A stretch of 64,000 bases of DNA from Fidelibacterota bacterium (GTDB taxonomy: Bacteria > Fidelibacterota > UBA8477 > JABMPR01), in contig JAERTH010000058.1 in NCBI GenBank assembly GCA_016844955.1, positions 279-64,278 on the forward strand. The letters run 5' to 3'. The notes beneath the pieces are model-generated. The model made no database searches, was not told the DNA's origin, and saw only the letters and a program-made list of their open reading frames with translations. Positions 47,744 to 57,440 of the stretch are shown one piece after another. The position numbers were made by a program, and so were the translations under genes. Numbering within the stretch: position 1 is the first letter of the stretch; the number at the start of each line of letters is the position of its first letter.

Positions 47744-48416
47744 TCAATTGAATGTCCAGATATATCTCAACCCGTCTATTTTCATCATAGCGGTTTACAT
47801 CCACCAGGGGATGAAAGGAGCCATATCCAGAAATGGCAAAATATGATTCAGGTATTGCAGTTCCATCGATGAGAAATTGGGCTACTCGGTGTGCTCTGGC
47901 TGTGGACAAGTCCCAGTTGTCCCTGAATTTTGAGGATCGCCCCAGCGGTACGGCATCTGAATGCCCCTCAATACGAACATTTATGTTAATTGTTTTACCC
48001 GAGGCATTTAATTTCTTGAAAATATCGGCATTGCGCTCAGGTATTTTTTCCAGCTCAAGGCCACCAATAATCTGAGCTACCGTCCGCAGATAAAAAATAA
48101 AGTTGATGACGATTTGGTCATCACCGGATTGAAAAAAGGTCTGGTCTCCAATTTCAGAGGGAATTAATAATTTGATACCTTTGGGACCTGCGTGCTCAAC
48201 ATAGAGCCAGTCCAGGCTGCGAACTTGTTTCTCCCGCATGACCTTGGCGTAGATCACATCCTTCATCTGATCGGCAAATTTGAAGGTGGTATTGGCGTCC
48301 TGTTCAGCTTTGATAATCAGCAGTAGAAAAAAGGCCAGTAATCCCGTTAGCAGATCACTATAAGTAACCTTCCAGGAGTTTGACGCTCGTTCAGCTACAA
48401 TGGAATTGTCAGACAT
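47715..48416 (-). CDS. MotB/OmpA-family stator B subunit, copy 1
   Basis: 233 aa. SWKVTYSDLLTGLLAFFLLLI carries the Asp in the TM. OmpA-like domain (GHSDA...NWDLSTARA...NRRVEIY). Overlaps copy 2 by 29 nt. Confidence 0.75.
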   Translation of the reverse strand: MSDNSIVAERASNSWKVTYSDLLTGLLAFFLLLIIKAEQDANTTFKFADQMKDVIYAKVMREKQVRSLDWLYVEHAGPKGIKLLIPSEIGDQTFFQSGDDQIVINFIFYLRTVAQIIGGLELEKIPERNADIFKKLNASGKTININVRIEGHSDAVPLGRSSKFRDNWDLSTARAHRVAQFLIDGTAIPESYFAISGYGSFHPLVDVNRYDENRRVEIYLDIQLIELENGIKS

Positions 48417-48421
48417 GGTGA

Positions 48422-49249
48422 CTAGAAGGCATCTTGTTCAGCAGTCTTACGCGTATCCTTATCTACAAATGTCAGCAATTTCTCTCGCATAATGAGTGGG
48501 TGCTCTTTGGAGTGAATGCTGAGTATTCCTGCTTTGATGATATTGAGCACATGAACTTCTTCATCAGTTTTGGCTTTTAATTTTCCAGCGATGGGGATGA
48601 ACAGTAGGTTGGCAAACAATACACCGTAAAAAGTGGTTACCAGAGCAATACCCATACCTTCCAGCAGCATGGCCATGGAATCCTGTGCCCCCGTTGCATA
48701 GCTGTCAACGCTGGTTGTAGCTGCCTGACGGGTCATCATCAGGATCAGTCCCATAACGGTACCAAGCAGTCCAAAAGCTGGGGCATAGGAGCCCATGTTA
48801 TAAAAAATTTCCTGACCATTTGTATGTCGTTCAATCATTGAATTGAGTTCATTATCCAGATACGTCTCAAGCTTTTTGGAGTCTCTTTCAAGCATGGCAT
48901 TTTGGAGACCCTTCTGGAGATAGTGATTCTCCTCTTCTTCGAGTCTGTCTTCCAATGACTGGAGCCCTTTTTTTCGAGCCTGTTCAGAATAGCTTGCCAG
49001 TTCGTCAATGGTTGTGAGGTGATCGATCTTGCCTTTGTTAAAAAAGGCCTGCAGCGACACTTTCATCATACCCATCACATTCTTAAAAGGATAATTGACC
49101 AGGGTCGCAGCAAAAGTACCACCCAATACAATGGCCAGACTTCGAAGATTGAAAAAGGTATCTGGAGGAGTGAATGAGCCCGGTTCCGACATACCATAGA
49201 ATACCAGAAATAATCCAAAAATTAATCCTATGATGGTTGCTATATCCAT
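48422..49249 (-). CDS. motA: MotA/PomA-type stator A subunit (proton/ion channel)
   Basis: 275 aa. Layout is 2 TM, a ~100-aa charged loop (ARKKGLQSLED), then 2 TM. Contains YAPAFGLLGTVMG and TTFYGVLFANLLFIPIAGKL, as in flagellar stators. Confidence 0.8.
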   Translation of the reverse strand: MDIATIIGLIFGLFLVFYGMSEPGSFTPPDTFFNLRSLAIVLGGTFAATLVNYPFKNVMGMMKVSLQAFFNKGKIDHLTTIDELASYSEQARKKGLQSLEDRLEEEENHYLQKGLQNAMLERDSKKLETYLDNELNSMIERHTNGQEIFYNMGSYAPAFGLLGTVMGLILMMTRQAATTSVDSYATGAQDSMAMLLEGMGIALVTTFYGVLFANLLFIPIAGKLKAKTDEEVHVLNIIKAGILSIHSKEHPLIMREKLLTFVDKDTRKTAEQDAF

Positions 49250-49287
49250 TTGTTCCCCTCGTCGATCTTTCTATTCACAAATTTAAT

Positions 49288-49719
49288 TTATTCAGGGTAA
49301 AGAGTTTGTGCCCAGTCTAGAAGTGCCCGCGTTTGACTATCACTCAAGCTGGCGCTGGGGTGCAGCAGCAAATATGGGAGCAGCGGCATTTCACCTGCCT
49401 CCAGGACTTCAATCATTTCATCAGCTACATCACTGCTGTCAAATGCATCCATTCCAGAAAAATCTGAAAAGTTAAGATGCTTGCGACCTTCCACCACATC
49501 TCGGGTTATAAGGAAGGATCCAGGTGCTATACGACTATACCATGGCCATACCGATTCATTGGAATGGCAATCGTAGCATGAAGTTTCAAGGATTTCCTGA
49601 ATATTGGAAGGGGCCGATACCTCCTGGACAACAGGTGGATTACTCTGATTTATGGGAATGAGTTGAATAACGATAAATAATCCGACGACAACAATTGAAA
49701 CGAGTTTTGTCTTAGACAC
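49288..49719 (-). CDS. Haem-binding-domain protein (Haem_bd-type, CxxCH)
   Basis: 143 aa. N-terminal TM and CYDCHSNESVWPWYSRIAPGSFLITRDVVEGRKHLNFS, typical of the PF14376-type domain from memory. Confidence 0.65.
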   Translation of the reverse strand: MSKTKLVSIVVVGLFIVIQLIPINQSNPPVVQEVSAPSNIQEILETSCYDCHSNESVWPWYSRIAPGSFLITRDVVEGRKHLNFSDFSGMDAFDSSDVADEMIEVLEAGEMPLLPYLLLHPSASLSDSQTRALLDWAQTLYPE

Positions 49720-50134
49720 TATGTACTCCTATTTGAAACAATTAAGACAACCTAATAATTGATAGTGAAATATAAAGTCTTATTTCGTGATGAAACCATT
49801 GATTCTAGCCAAAACCAAGGAAAGTCCGGTTCTCTGAGACCAGTTTCCAGAGCGAATAGCGATTTACAATGTTCGATCTATGAGTGGGCTAACGCTGGGG
49901 CAGATTGACCTTAGGAACCAATGACACCAAGGCAACATATGAATGCGAATAGAGGTACTAACTCTCGTGTTTCAAGTTTCAAGTCCCCTATACCCATTCC
50001 AGCATGACAATGAATAACGAACGGAGATTTGAGAGATAGGGTCCACTCAAGAGCATTAAAGTTTTAGACACGAATGACATAAACCGAACGAAGGCACATG
50101 AATAGAAGTATTTGTTTCAAAATTTCCTGGGTGA

Positions 50135-50166
50135 CCCTATACCCTTATACCCCTATACCCCTATAC
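50135..50166. repeat. Tandem octamer CCCTATAC x4 (second copy CCTTATAC)
   Basis: Read directly: ccctatac ccttatac ccctatac ccctatac. A further single copy lies at 49986-49993. Confidence 0.9.
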
Positions 50167-50247
50167 CAATTTCAGTATGTTTATCAACTAACAAATGAGC
50201 TCGAAAAGCAGTATATCCGCCCAAATTTCAACTTTCCGATTTCTGGC

Positions 50248-50285
50248 AAAAAAAAAGAGACCGCCCTATGTGGACAGCCTCTTTT
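50248..50285 (-). terminator. Rho-independent terminator after ppiD
   Basis: The - strand reads aagaggctgtccacatagggcggtctct followed by T9 (the A-run 50248-50256 on +). The stem has two G:U pairs. Confidence 0.55.
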
Positions 50286-50308
50286 AATACTAGCTTCTCT
50301 TAATCAGA

Positions 50309-52126
50309 TCAGAGCATTCTCAGCCGATTGTCGATAATGTCAGCATCATCCTTGAGTGTCTCGAGAAAATTATTCCAGACCTCATTCTGGCGGGCCTGTG
50401 TGAGAGTTGCGTACAGCTCATCGTACTTCTCTGCATATGCTGCATCATCAAAATCTGAGCGGGCATTCAAGCGTACAATGACGGCACCACGGGGCGTTTC
50501 GAAGACGGGGGATATGCTGCCCAGTTTTGCAGTCTCGAGAAAGCCACTAATTTCAGAGATGCGTCCCAGACCTTTGATGGATCCAGCACCATTCAGAGCC
50601 AGGTTCAGTTCAAAGGCTAGACCTTCTTTATCTGCAAGTGTTACGGCTGCAAAATCTGAATCAGTATTCAGACCGGGTAAAAGGGCAGTGGCAGCTTCAA
50701 CAGCCAGGGCAAGTTTCTTCTCATTCGAAAGGGTACGTTTGATGGATACCTTGGCTTCTTCAAAAGGACGGTCACCGGCAGCATTAATTTCGGAAAGCAT
50801 AAAGATGGCAAAATGTGATTCATTTTGCATAACGCTACTATGTGCTCCTGCTTCGGAGAGGTATGCAAAGCGAACGGCTGACTGGAAAGAGCCAACACCA
50901 GCGACAAAAGTATCTTTTTGGCGTAATTTATTAGAAGTGGTTGCCTGCATTTCGAGAGAATCGACTGCCTTTTCAAAACCAACTTCATCAGCCAGGAATT
51001 CCAAATTTTTCAGTTCTCTTCTGATCCGGTCGCGTGTTGTCTCACTGGGTCGAACCTCAATCAGAATGTGACGCGCTTCTACTTCAAGACCCTGGTCAGA
51101 TGTTCGTGAGTCTTCAACTTTGATCAAGTGATACCCAAACTGGGTCATGACTGGACCAACAATATCACCGATGGTGGCTGAAAAAGCGGCTTCTTCGAAT
51201 GGAGCAGCCATTTTTCCCTTGCCAAACCAACCCAGATATCCACCATTAGGAGCAGAGGGGCCTTCAGAATGAATCTTGGCCATATCTTCAAAAACACCGC
51301 CAGCCAGGAGCTCATCTTTAACATCATTGATCAGGTTTAATGCTCTGGTTGTATCAGTAGGTGTTGCTTTGATCTCTGTGGAGATAACACTGAGAACGCG
51401 GGTCTCTTCCTGCTGGAAATCTTCAATGTTTAAATCATAGTAATTCTGGAGGTCGGCATCTGTAACCTCAATATCAGCATCTTTCCAAAGAGAAGATTTC
51501 ACAAAGAGGTAGTCCATATCATAATTGATGGCGGTTTTAACAAATTCGGCGCGGACTTCAGCATCAGATACTTGAGCAGTGGCCAGCACTTTTTGTTGAA
51601 GCTTTTCAACCGGCACGATGGCGGCGACCTGTTGACGCATCGCAGCAAAGAAATTTGCTGCTTCAGGAGCATTGACCGCTTCCTGATAGGCGTTATAGTC
51701 AAACTCCCCAGCTTCGCTTACAAAATATTGTTGAATGGTGGGGTGGATGTTTTCAGTAAAGAAGTAGCGTAGCTCATCCGGGCTGATCGTGATATCATCT
51801 TCTTTAATTTTTTGACTTATCAGGGTTTGAGTAACGATGGTTTCCCAAACCTGATCCGTTATCTGGATCATCTGCTGCTCGTTGGGTTCTGTACCATTAC
51901 GCTGACGGAAGCTCTCACGTTCATTCTGCAAAGAACGCATAAAACTCTCACGGGAGATTTCCTCACCATTGACTACAGTAAAGGCATTGGGCTGATTACC
52001 ACTGAGAAGATCCGTAATGTCGGCACCTCCAACCAATCCACCTACGGACATAGTCAGTACGAAAACAATAACCAGAAATATCATGATTCCGGCCATGTTG
52101 TCCCGCATTTTATTCATCACACCCAT
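50309..52126 (-). CDS. ppiD: Periplasmic chaperone / peptidyl-prolyl isomerase PpiD-like (SurA_N + parvulin)
   Basis: The start is moved to ATG 52126, which has AGGAGGA upstream. N-terminus MGVMNKMRDNMAGIMIFLVIVFVL has the MRDN plus TM pattern typical of PpiD. Parvulin block GYLGWFGKGKMAAPFEEAAF...FGYHLIKVED. Confidence 0.8.
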   Translation of the reverse strand: MGVMNKMRDNMAGIMIFLVIVFVLTMSVGGLVGGADITDLLSGNQPNAFTVVNGEEISRESFMRSLQNERESFRQRNGTEPNEQQMIQITDQVWETIVTQTLISQKIKEDDITISPDELRYFFTENIHPTIQQYFVSEAGEFDYNAYQEAVNAPEAANFFAAMRQQVAAIVPVEKLQQKVLATAQVSDAEVRAEFVKTAINYDMDYLFVKSSLWKDADIEVTDADLQNYYDLNIEDFQQEETRVLSVISTEIKATPTDTTRALNLINDVKDELLAGGVFEDMAKIHSEGPSAPNGGYLGWFGKGKMAAPFEEAAFSATIGDIVGPVMTQFGYHLIKVEDSRTSDQGLEVEARHILIEVRPSETTRDRIRRELKNLEFLADEVGFEKAVDSLEMQATTSNKLRQKDTFVAGVGSFQSAVRFAYLSEAGAHSSVMQNESHFAIFMLSEINAAGDRPFEEAKVSIKRTLSNEKKLALAVEAATALLPGLNTDSDFAAVTLADKEGLAFELNLALNGAGSIKGLGRISEISGFLETAKLGSISPVFETPRGAVIVRLNARSDFDDAAYAEKYDELYATLTQARQNEVWNNFLETLKDDADIIDNRLRML

Positions 52127-52579
52127 TTCGTTGTTCCTCCTGCGCGCTTTATCGCATATAAAAATTATTTTTGGTTTAAAAAAAGCCGCCCAATATAGTT
52201 TGACACACATGGGGTTGCAAGCTTGTCAGGCAACGATTTAAGCAGGGATACATGAATGTTTTGATAAAATTGCCTATCCCACCTCATCTTGACTTCTTGA
52301 ACTTCGTTATTCTTACTTTACTGGTGAATTGATCAGTCTTTTCCACCTGGGTAGTCATAGACCAAATGATGCGCTCAACAACAGCCTCGCGGTAATCACT
52401 GGATATCCAAATATGCAATGCTGCATATGAGAGACCAATGATGACAAATAGTATCGTAAAGGACCTCGCAACAGATATATTGCCCCATGATCAGATTCTT
52501 GGCTAATTTGTTCCACAATCAAAAATTTCTGATTTTCATGGCTATCAGTTTATGCATCATTTCTTGTCCAGGAGATTCA

Positions 52580-54658
52580 ATGACAACTATTCAAACCCAT
52601 ACAAATAAACTAATCGATTCATCCAGTCCCTACTTGCTGCAGCATGCTCACAATCCCGTAGATTGGTATCCCTGGGGACCTGAGGCTTTTGAGAGAGCCA
52701 AACAAGAGGACAAACCCATCTTCCTGTCAATCGGTTATTCAACCTGCCATTGGTGTCACGTCATGGCCCATGAATCCTTCGAAGATGAAGAAGTCGCTAA
52801 ACTACTCAATGACAATTTTATCTGTATCAAGGTGGATCGAGAGGAACGTCCTGATATTGATCAGCTCTATATGACAGCAGCCACCTCTCTTATCGGGCGG
52901 GGTGGGTGGCCATTGACCATCGTTATGGGACCGGATAGGCGTCCCTTTTTTGCCGGCACTTACTTTCCCAAGCATTCAGCTCCCGGCCGTGTTGGCATGC
53001 TTGAATTGCTACCCAGGATCACGGATGCCTGGCATAATCAGCGAGCTGAAGTTGACCAGGCTGCTGCACAAATAATTGAGTCACTCCAACAACAGGAAAC
53101 AAGCACTGGTGGACAAGTCCTGGGACAACAGGTCCTGACCAACGCCAGTGCACAGTTCAGCCAGAACTATGACAGTAAGTTTGGTGGATTTGGACCAGCG
53201 CCAAAATTCCCATCTCCCCATAACCTGATCTTTCTTATGCGCGAGGGACATCGATCCGGTGATCAAGCCACCATTGATATGGCATTACATACGCTGAGAG
53301 AGATGCGTTTGGGTGGCATCTACGATCAAATCGGTTTCGGTTTCCATCGCTACAGCACGGATGCAAAATGGCTGCTACCCCATTTTGAAAAAATGCTTTA
53401 CGACCAGGCTATGCTACTCATGGCTTATACGGAAGCGTGGAAGATAAGTGGTGATTCCTTTTTCCGGCAAACCATGGATGAGATAATAGTCTACATGCAG
53501 GATAAACTCAAATCACCTGAGGGAGCCTTCTATGCAGCTGAAGACGCCGATAGTGATGGGGAAGAGGGCAAATTTTATGTTTGGCAATGGGATGAATTAA
53601 AGGATGTTCTGGGTCTTGAGCTATTGCACGATCTAGCAGAGTCGTTTGGATTGAAACCTGAGGGCAATTTTCAGGATGAATCAAGTGGTGACGATGCTGG
53701 TACCAATATATTCCATCTGAAATCATTGGATCATTACTCAAAAATGCAAGCCAGCTCAACCTGGCAGGATGCACGGGAAACGCTATATAATCTACGTGAA
53801 GAGCGTGTACATCCAGGTCTTGACAATAAGATTCTCGGTGATTGGAACGGGTTGGTGCTCACAGCCCTGTCAAAGGCGGCTCGTGCAACCCATGATGAGA
53901 CCACTGCGAAAATTGCTGGCGATTTGGCGGATTATATACTGGATTATTTGTTGGGCGAGGATGGTCAGCTTTTGCACATGCCTCCACAGAAAGGACATGT
54001 AATTCAGGGATTTCTTGATGACTATAGCTTTGTGATTGAAGGCTTACGCGCCTACTATGAAGTATCCTTTCAACCGGAATATCTAAAAGCAGCACTTGCT
54101 TTACAAGAAATTCAAATCCAACACTTCTGGGATAAAGAATCAGGGGGCTTCTTTTTCACCGCAGAAGGTGATAGTGAGCTTTTTATCAGACAAAAGGAAA
54201 TCTATGATGGTGCAATTCCATCTGGGAATTCAGTGGCTGCATCCAATCTCTACTATCTGGGTCGGTTGGCTGAAAAACCGGAATGGGAATCAATGGCAAT
54301 GGCTATTGGCACGGCCTTCTCGGCTCAGGTAAACCGAGCCCCGCGTGGATTTTCCGCCCTGTTGCAGAGTGTCCAGGTTCAAGTTAATGGTTCAAAAGAA
54401 GTCGTTATTGCAGGCAATGCTGAGGACTTGCAAAAGGCACTAGACATTATTAGAAATTCATATGATCCCTTCAGGTTGGTTTTATATCGGCCTCTTCATA
54501 ATTCAGCAGCCATTGAAGCAATCTCCAGTTTCCTGATCCATCAAAAAGCTATTGATGAGAAATTCACCGTTTATATTTGCGAGAACTATGCGTGTCAAAC
54601 CCCCCTCACCAGTCCTCATAGCCTGGAGAATGCACTCCAGACAGAAGCACAGGATTAA
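52580..54658 (+). CDS. Thioredoxin-domain protein YyaL/DUF255 family (thioredoxin-like + six-hairpin glycosidase-like domain)
   Basis: [54 protein letters not shown] is the family hallmark. ATG 52580 has GGAG upstream. An in-frame upstream ATG at 52487 would add a signal or lipobox-like peptide. Confidence 0.85.
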   Translation: MTTIQTHTNKLIDSSSPYLLQHAHNPVDWYPWGPEAFERAKQEDKPIFLSIGYSTCHWCHVMAHESFEDEEVAKLLNDNFICIKVDREERPDIDQLYMTAATSLIGRGGWPLTIVMGPDRRPFFAGTYFPKHSAPGRVGMLELLPRITDAWHNQRAEVDQAAAQIIESLQQQETSTGGQVLGQQVLTNASAQFSQNYDSKFGGFGPAPKFPSPHNLIFLMREGHRSGDQATIDMALHTLREMRLGGIYDQIGFGFHRYSTDAKWLLPHFEKMLYDQAMLLMAYTEAWKISGDSFFRQTMDEIIVYMQDKLKSPEGAFYAAEDADSDGEEGKFYVWQWDELKDVLGLELLHDLAESFGLKPEGNFQDESSGDDAGTNIFHLKSLDHYSKMQASSTWQDARETLYNLREERVHPGLDNKILGDWNGLVLTALSKAARATHDETTAKIAGDLADYILDYLLGEDGQLLHMPPQKGHVIQGFLDDYSFVIEGLRAYYEVSFQPEYLKAALALQEIQIQHFWDKESGGFFFTAEGDSELFIRQKEIYDGAIPSGNSVAASNLYYLGRLAEKPEWESMAMAIGTAFSAQVNRAPRGFSALLQSVQVQVNGSKEVVIAGNAEDLQKALDIIRNSYDPFRLVLYRPLHNSAAIEAISSFLIHQKAIDEKFTVYICENYACQTPLTSPHSLENALQTEAQD

Positions 54659-54661
54659 ATT

Positions 54662-55246
54662 ATGAGAACCATACCCTGTAAGTCGTGTACTGCCATTATT
54701 CTAGCTGGAGGCAGTGCAAAAAGAATGGGTACGGACAAACGGTTTCTCAAAGTAGGCAAGGAAAACTTGCTGGAACGACAGGTATCAACCTTAAAAAAGT
54801 ATTTCCAGGAAGTCATCATATCTGCCAATGATCCTGAAAAACTTGCCTATTTGAATGTTCCAGTAGTTAAAGATCAGCATACAGGTAGAGGGCCACTTGA
54901 GGGTTTAACCTCAGTGCTGGCCACATCCAATTCAGAATACAATTTTGTAATCGCTGTAGATATCCCCAACATCGATATGGGGTTGGTAGAACGGATGCGT
55001 ACCCACCTGGATCATGTTTCGGCAGTTATTCCAACCTGTGTGGATGGCCGGCAGGAACCTTTGTTTGCTTTTTACAGCAAGAATTGTATTCCAATCTTCC
55101 GGTCAGCTCTGGATGAGGGTGAGTTTGCCATTCACAAAGCACTTAAACGGTGTCCGGTTTACCATTTTGCAATGGCCGATGAAAAACCCCTGAAAAATCT
55201 AAATGTGGAAAAGGACTATAAGGCCTTCATCAAGGAGATAGAATAG
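54662..55246 (+). CDS. mobA: Molybdenum cofactor guanylyltransferase MobA
   Basis: 194 aa. AIILAGGSAKRMGTDKRFL N-terminal motif and length. Confidence 0.8.
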   Translation: MRTIPCKSCTAIILAGGSAKRMGTDKRFLKVGKENLLERQVSTLKKYFQEVIISANDPEKLAYLNVPVVKDQHTGRGPLEGLTSVLATSNSEYNFVIAVDIPNIDMGLVERMRTHLDHVSAVIPTCVDGRQEPLFAFYSKNCIPIFRSALDEGEFAIHKALKRCPVYHFAMADEKPLKNLNVEKDYKAFIKEIE

Positions 55247-55709
55247 CCCCATGCTGAATCAGCTGATCCAGATTATTCCAATCCTCAATTTCAGTCTCAT
55301 TTAACAATAAGTGAATTTCGAGTCCTGCAAGACGTCCCCAGATTAATTGACCCAGGGGACTCAACTTTGGATCACGCTGCAGGCTTTTGATAAAAATCTG
55401 CAAAGCTCTGGTCTGGAACTGCTCTGCCTCACCCAATTGATCCAGGGCAATTTTTAACTCAGCACGTTCGAGTAGTAACTCAATATATGCTTCGATCAAC
55501 TGCGGATTACCCAGGAGGGTCAGGACGGTTTTTGCATCAACTATTTCAATCAAGTCTGCATGGTCAGGCATGATGGTCAACAGCGCATCAGTTAGGGTCT
55601 GATCTGCTTCGGTCAGATGGCCTGTTTTTCGAATTTTTATGGCGGCAGTTATGACTTCACCCATCATTCGAACCATGCGCAGGATATAATCTTCTTGAAT
55701 TGGGGTCAT
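55230..55709 (-). CDS. Hypothetical all-helical protein
   Basis: 159-aa ORF with no recognised motif. Its 3' end overlaps mobA convergently by 17 nt. Confidence 0.35.
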   Translation of the reverse strand: MTPIQEDYILRMVRMMGEVITAAIKIRKTGHLTEADQTLTDALLTIMPDHADLIEIVDAKTVLTLLGNPQLIEAYIELLLERAELKIALDQLGEAEQFQTRALQIFIKSLQRDPKLSPLGQLIWGRLAGLEIHLLLNETEIEDWNNLDQLIQHGAILSP

Positions 55710-55885
55710 GTTTCACCTTGTCTGAATTATCAATCGTGTTACAATGTATACAAACAACAATCAATTGGTAAGCGCTAGTTTCTATGCCTGATATCCAAAT
55801 TACTGGATTCAGTGCAATGAATTTGTCTCGCGCACAAAATTAATTAAACTGTTTCCACAGGTTGAGCAGAGAGGTAGTTTCTCAC

Positions 55886-56863
55886 ATGAAGGCTAAAATC
55901 ACCAGGATCAAAAAATTTCAAAAAAATACCCATATCCAGGGCTTTTTTCTGGTTCGGGAAAAGCACTTGCGCAGCACCCGCACCAATCATCCCTATCTAC
56001 AATTACATCTACAGGATAATACTGGAACAATTGAGGCAAAAGTCTGGGAGGATGTCCCTGCATTTGAGAAATCATTTGATGAGGGAGATGCCGTAGTTGT
56101 CAAGGGCCGGGTGAGTCAATATAATGAAAGGCTCCAGCTGGAAATTGAGGATATTGGCAAAGCCTCACCTGAGAAGCATGCTGAGTACGGATTTGATCTT
56201 TCCAAACTCATTCCCAGCAGTAGCAGCAGCGTGCCCCAGATGTGGCGGGATCTGGGTCGTATCATCAAGGATATGAAAAATGCTGAATTGAAAGCATTGA
56301 TCAGCGCCATCTACAAAGAAAACGCGGATCTAATCAAATTGCATCCAGCCTCGATGAAATTACACCATGCCTGGCTGGGTGGATATCTGGAACATGTATT
56401 ATCCATGGCCAGAATAGGTGTTCAACTCAGCAGTCATTACGACCTTGATACAGATTTAGTGTTAACTGGAATTCTCCTCCACGATATCGGTAAAATTTAT
56501 GAACTGAATCCTGCGCAGCAACCTGGCTACACCGATCGGGGCAAACTGCTGGGGCATATTGTCCTGGGGCGTGATATTGCTCGGGAAGCAATGGCCAAAA
56601 TTGAGAACTTCCCGGAAGAATTGCAGCTAAAAGTTGAACATATGATACTGGCCCATCAGGGGAAATATGAATGGCAATCTCCCAAGCAACCCAAATTCCC
56701 TGAGGCCCTGCTGCTACACCATATCGATGAACTTGATGCTCGCATGAATATGATGGCAGAAGCCATTGACAAGGACAATCAAACCGGTGCCTGGACCAAC
56801 AGATTTAACTATTTCAGGATTCCCATACTCAAAGGTGAACTTGAGGAAGGAAAAGAAGATTAG
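55886..56863 (+). CDS. yhaM: OB-fold + HD-domain 3'-5' exoribonuclease, YhaM-like
   Basis: N-terminal OB fold (GFFLVREKHLRSTRTNHPYLQLHLQDNTG) and an HD domain (LEHVLSM...LLHDIGK). ATG 55886 is preferred over the TTG at 55862. Confidence 0.75.
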   Translation: MKAKITRIKKFQKNTHIQGFFLVREKHLRSTRTNHPYLQLHLQDNTGTIEAKVWEDVPAFEKSFDEGDAVVVKGRVSQYNERLQLEIEDIGKASPEKHAEYGFDLSKLIPSSSSSVPQMWRDLGRIIKDMKNAELKALISAIYKENADLIKLHPASMKLHHAWLGGYLEHVLSMARIGVQLSSHYDLDTDLVLTGILLHDIGKIYELNPAQQPGYTDRGKLLGHIVLGRDIAREAMAKIENFPEELQLKVEHMILAHQGKYEWQSPKQPKFPEALLLHHIDELDARMNMMAEAIDKDNQTGAWTNRFNYFRIPILKGELEEGKED

Positions 56864-56870
56864 TTCACCC

Positions 56871-57440
56871 ATGGAATTGTCACTCCTGGAATATCGCCGT
56901 CTGGCTCTCATGGCTCTCTGGACGGGTCTTATTGCCACTGTAGGGCTAGTATTCGCATTTATACCGAATCTGGAATTTGTACTGCTTGCTGCATTTCTGG
57001 GCGGTGTCGCGCTGGGTAAAAAGGAGGGCTTTCTGGTAGCCGCTCTGGGTGAAGCAATATTTTCTGCCATTAATCCCATCGGATCCGGTCTGGGATTCCC
57101 TATCCTGTATGTGTTTCAAATTTTTAGCGTCGGCCTAAGCGGTTTTGTAGGTGGATTTTTGACACAGTCGGAAAAATTTCAGAATGATAGGATAGTTCAA
57201 AGCGCTATTCTGGGATTCATTGGATTTTTACTCACTCTGATCTTTGATACGCTGACGGCACTAAGTTTTCCGCTGAGTGCCGGAATTGTTGATGGCACGC
57301 TATGGGGAACCCTTACCCTGGGTTTGGCGTTCTTTGTCATGCACATGATTTCCAATACAGTATTGTTTGCTTTGTTTGGCCCTAATCTGGTTATGCTGGT
57401 TAAGAGAACCCTACTTATGAATGGATTGGCACCTAATTGA
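56871..57440 (+). CDS. Small polytopic membrane protein (ECF S-component-like shape; function unknown)
   Basis: 189 aa from ATG 56871, with about 5 hydrophobic helices. The ORF-track start 56766 overlaps yhaM. Confidence 0.4.
   Translation: MELSLLEYRRLALMALWTGLIATVGLVFAFIPNLEFVLLAAFLGGVALGKKEGFLVAALGEAIFSAINPIGSGLGFPILYVFQIFSVGLSGFVGGFLTQSEKFQNDRIVQSAILGFIGFLLTLIFDTLTALSFPLSAGIVDGTLWGTLTLGLAFFVMHMISNTVLFALFGPNLVMLVKRTLLMNGLAPN

Noticed and set aside
47036-49249. Zorya-type (ZorAB) anti-phage system
   Set aside because: The MotA homologue is only 275 aa and lacks the long C-terminal tail of ZorA. No ZorC/D-like or other effector genes follow. The sequence hallmarks are those of flagellar-type stators.
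49819-49829. GGAAAGTCCGG, which matches the RNase P RNA CR-I/P4 5' strand
   Set aside because: No matching 3' P4 strand (ACAGAA..CGGCTTA) lies within 400 nt on the same strand. The ATGAATG-like element is only ~120 nt away, too close for RNase P architecture, and the region is AT-rich with weak helices. Probably chance; an Rfam scan would settle it.
50328-51071. 247-aa + strand ORF antisense to ppiD. Similar long antisense ORFs occur at 23280-23849, 4954-5631, 8612-9136, 16531-16968, 770-1255 and 22004-22521.
   Set aside because: These are shadow ORFs opposite strongly recognisable genes. They have Ser/Arg/Ala-rich or otherwise unnatural composition, no RBS and no motif.
52127-52210. Upstream extension of ppiD (MCVKLYWAAFFKPK...)
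   Set aside because: The extension has no RBS and an odd composition. ATG 52126 is preceded by AGGAGGA and begins the conserved MRDN-plus-TM N-terminus.
52211-52486. Minus-strand reading frame with a membrane-like peptide (ILFVIIGLSYAALHIWISSDY...) in the ppiD/yyaL spacer
   Set aside because: There is no ATG, GTG or TTG start in frame before the hydrophobic segment, so it is not a plausible gene as it stands.
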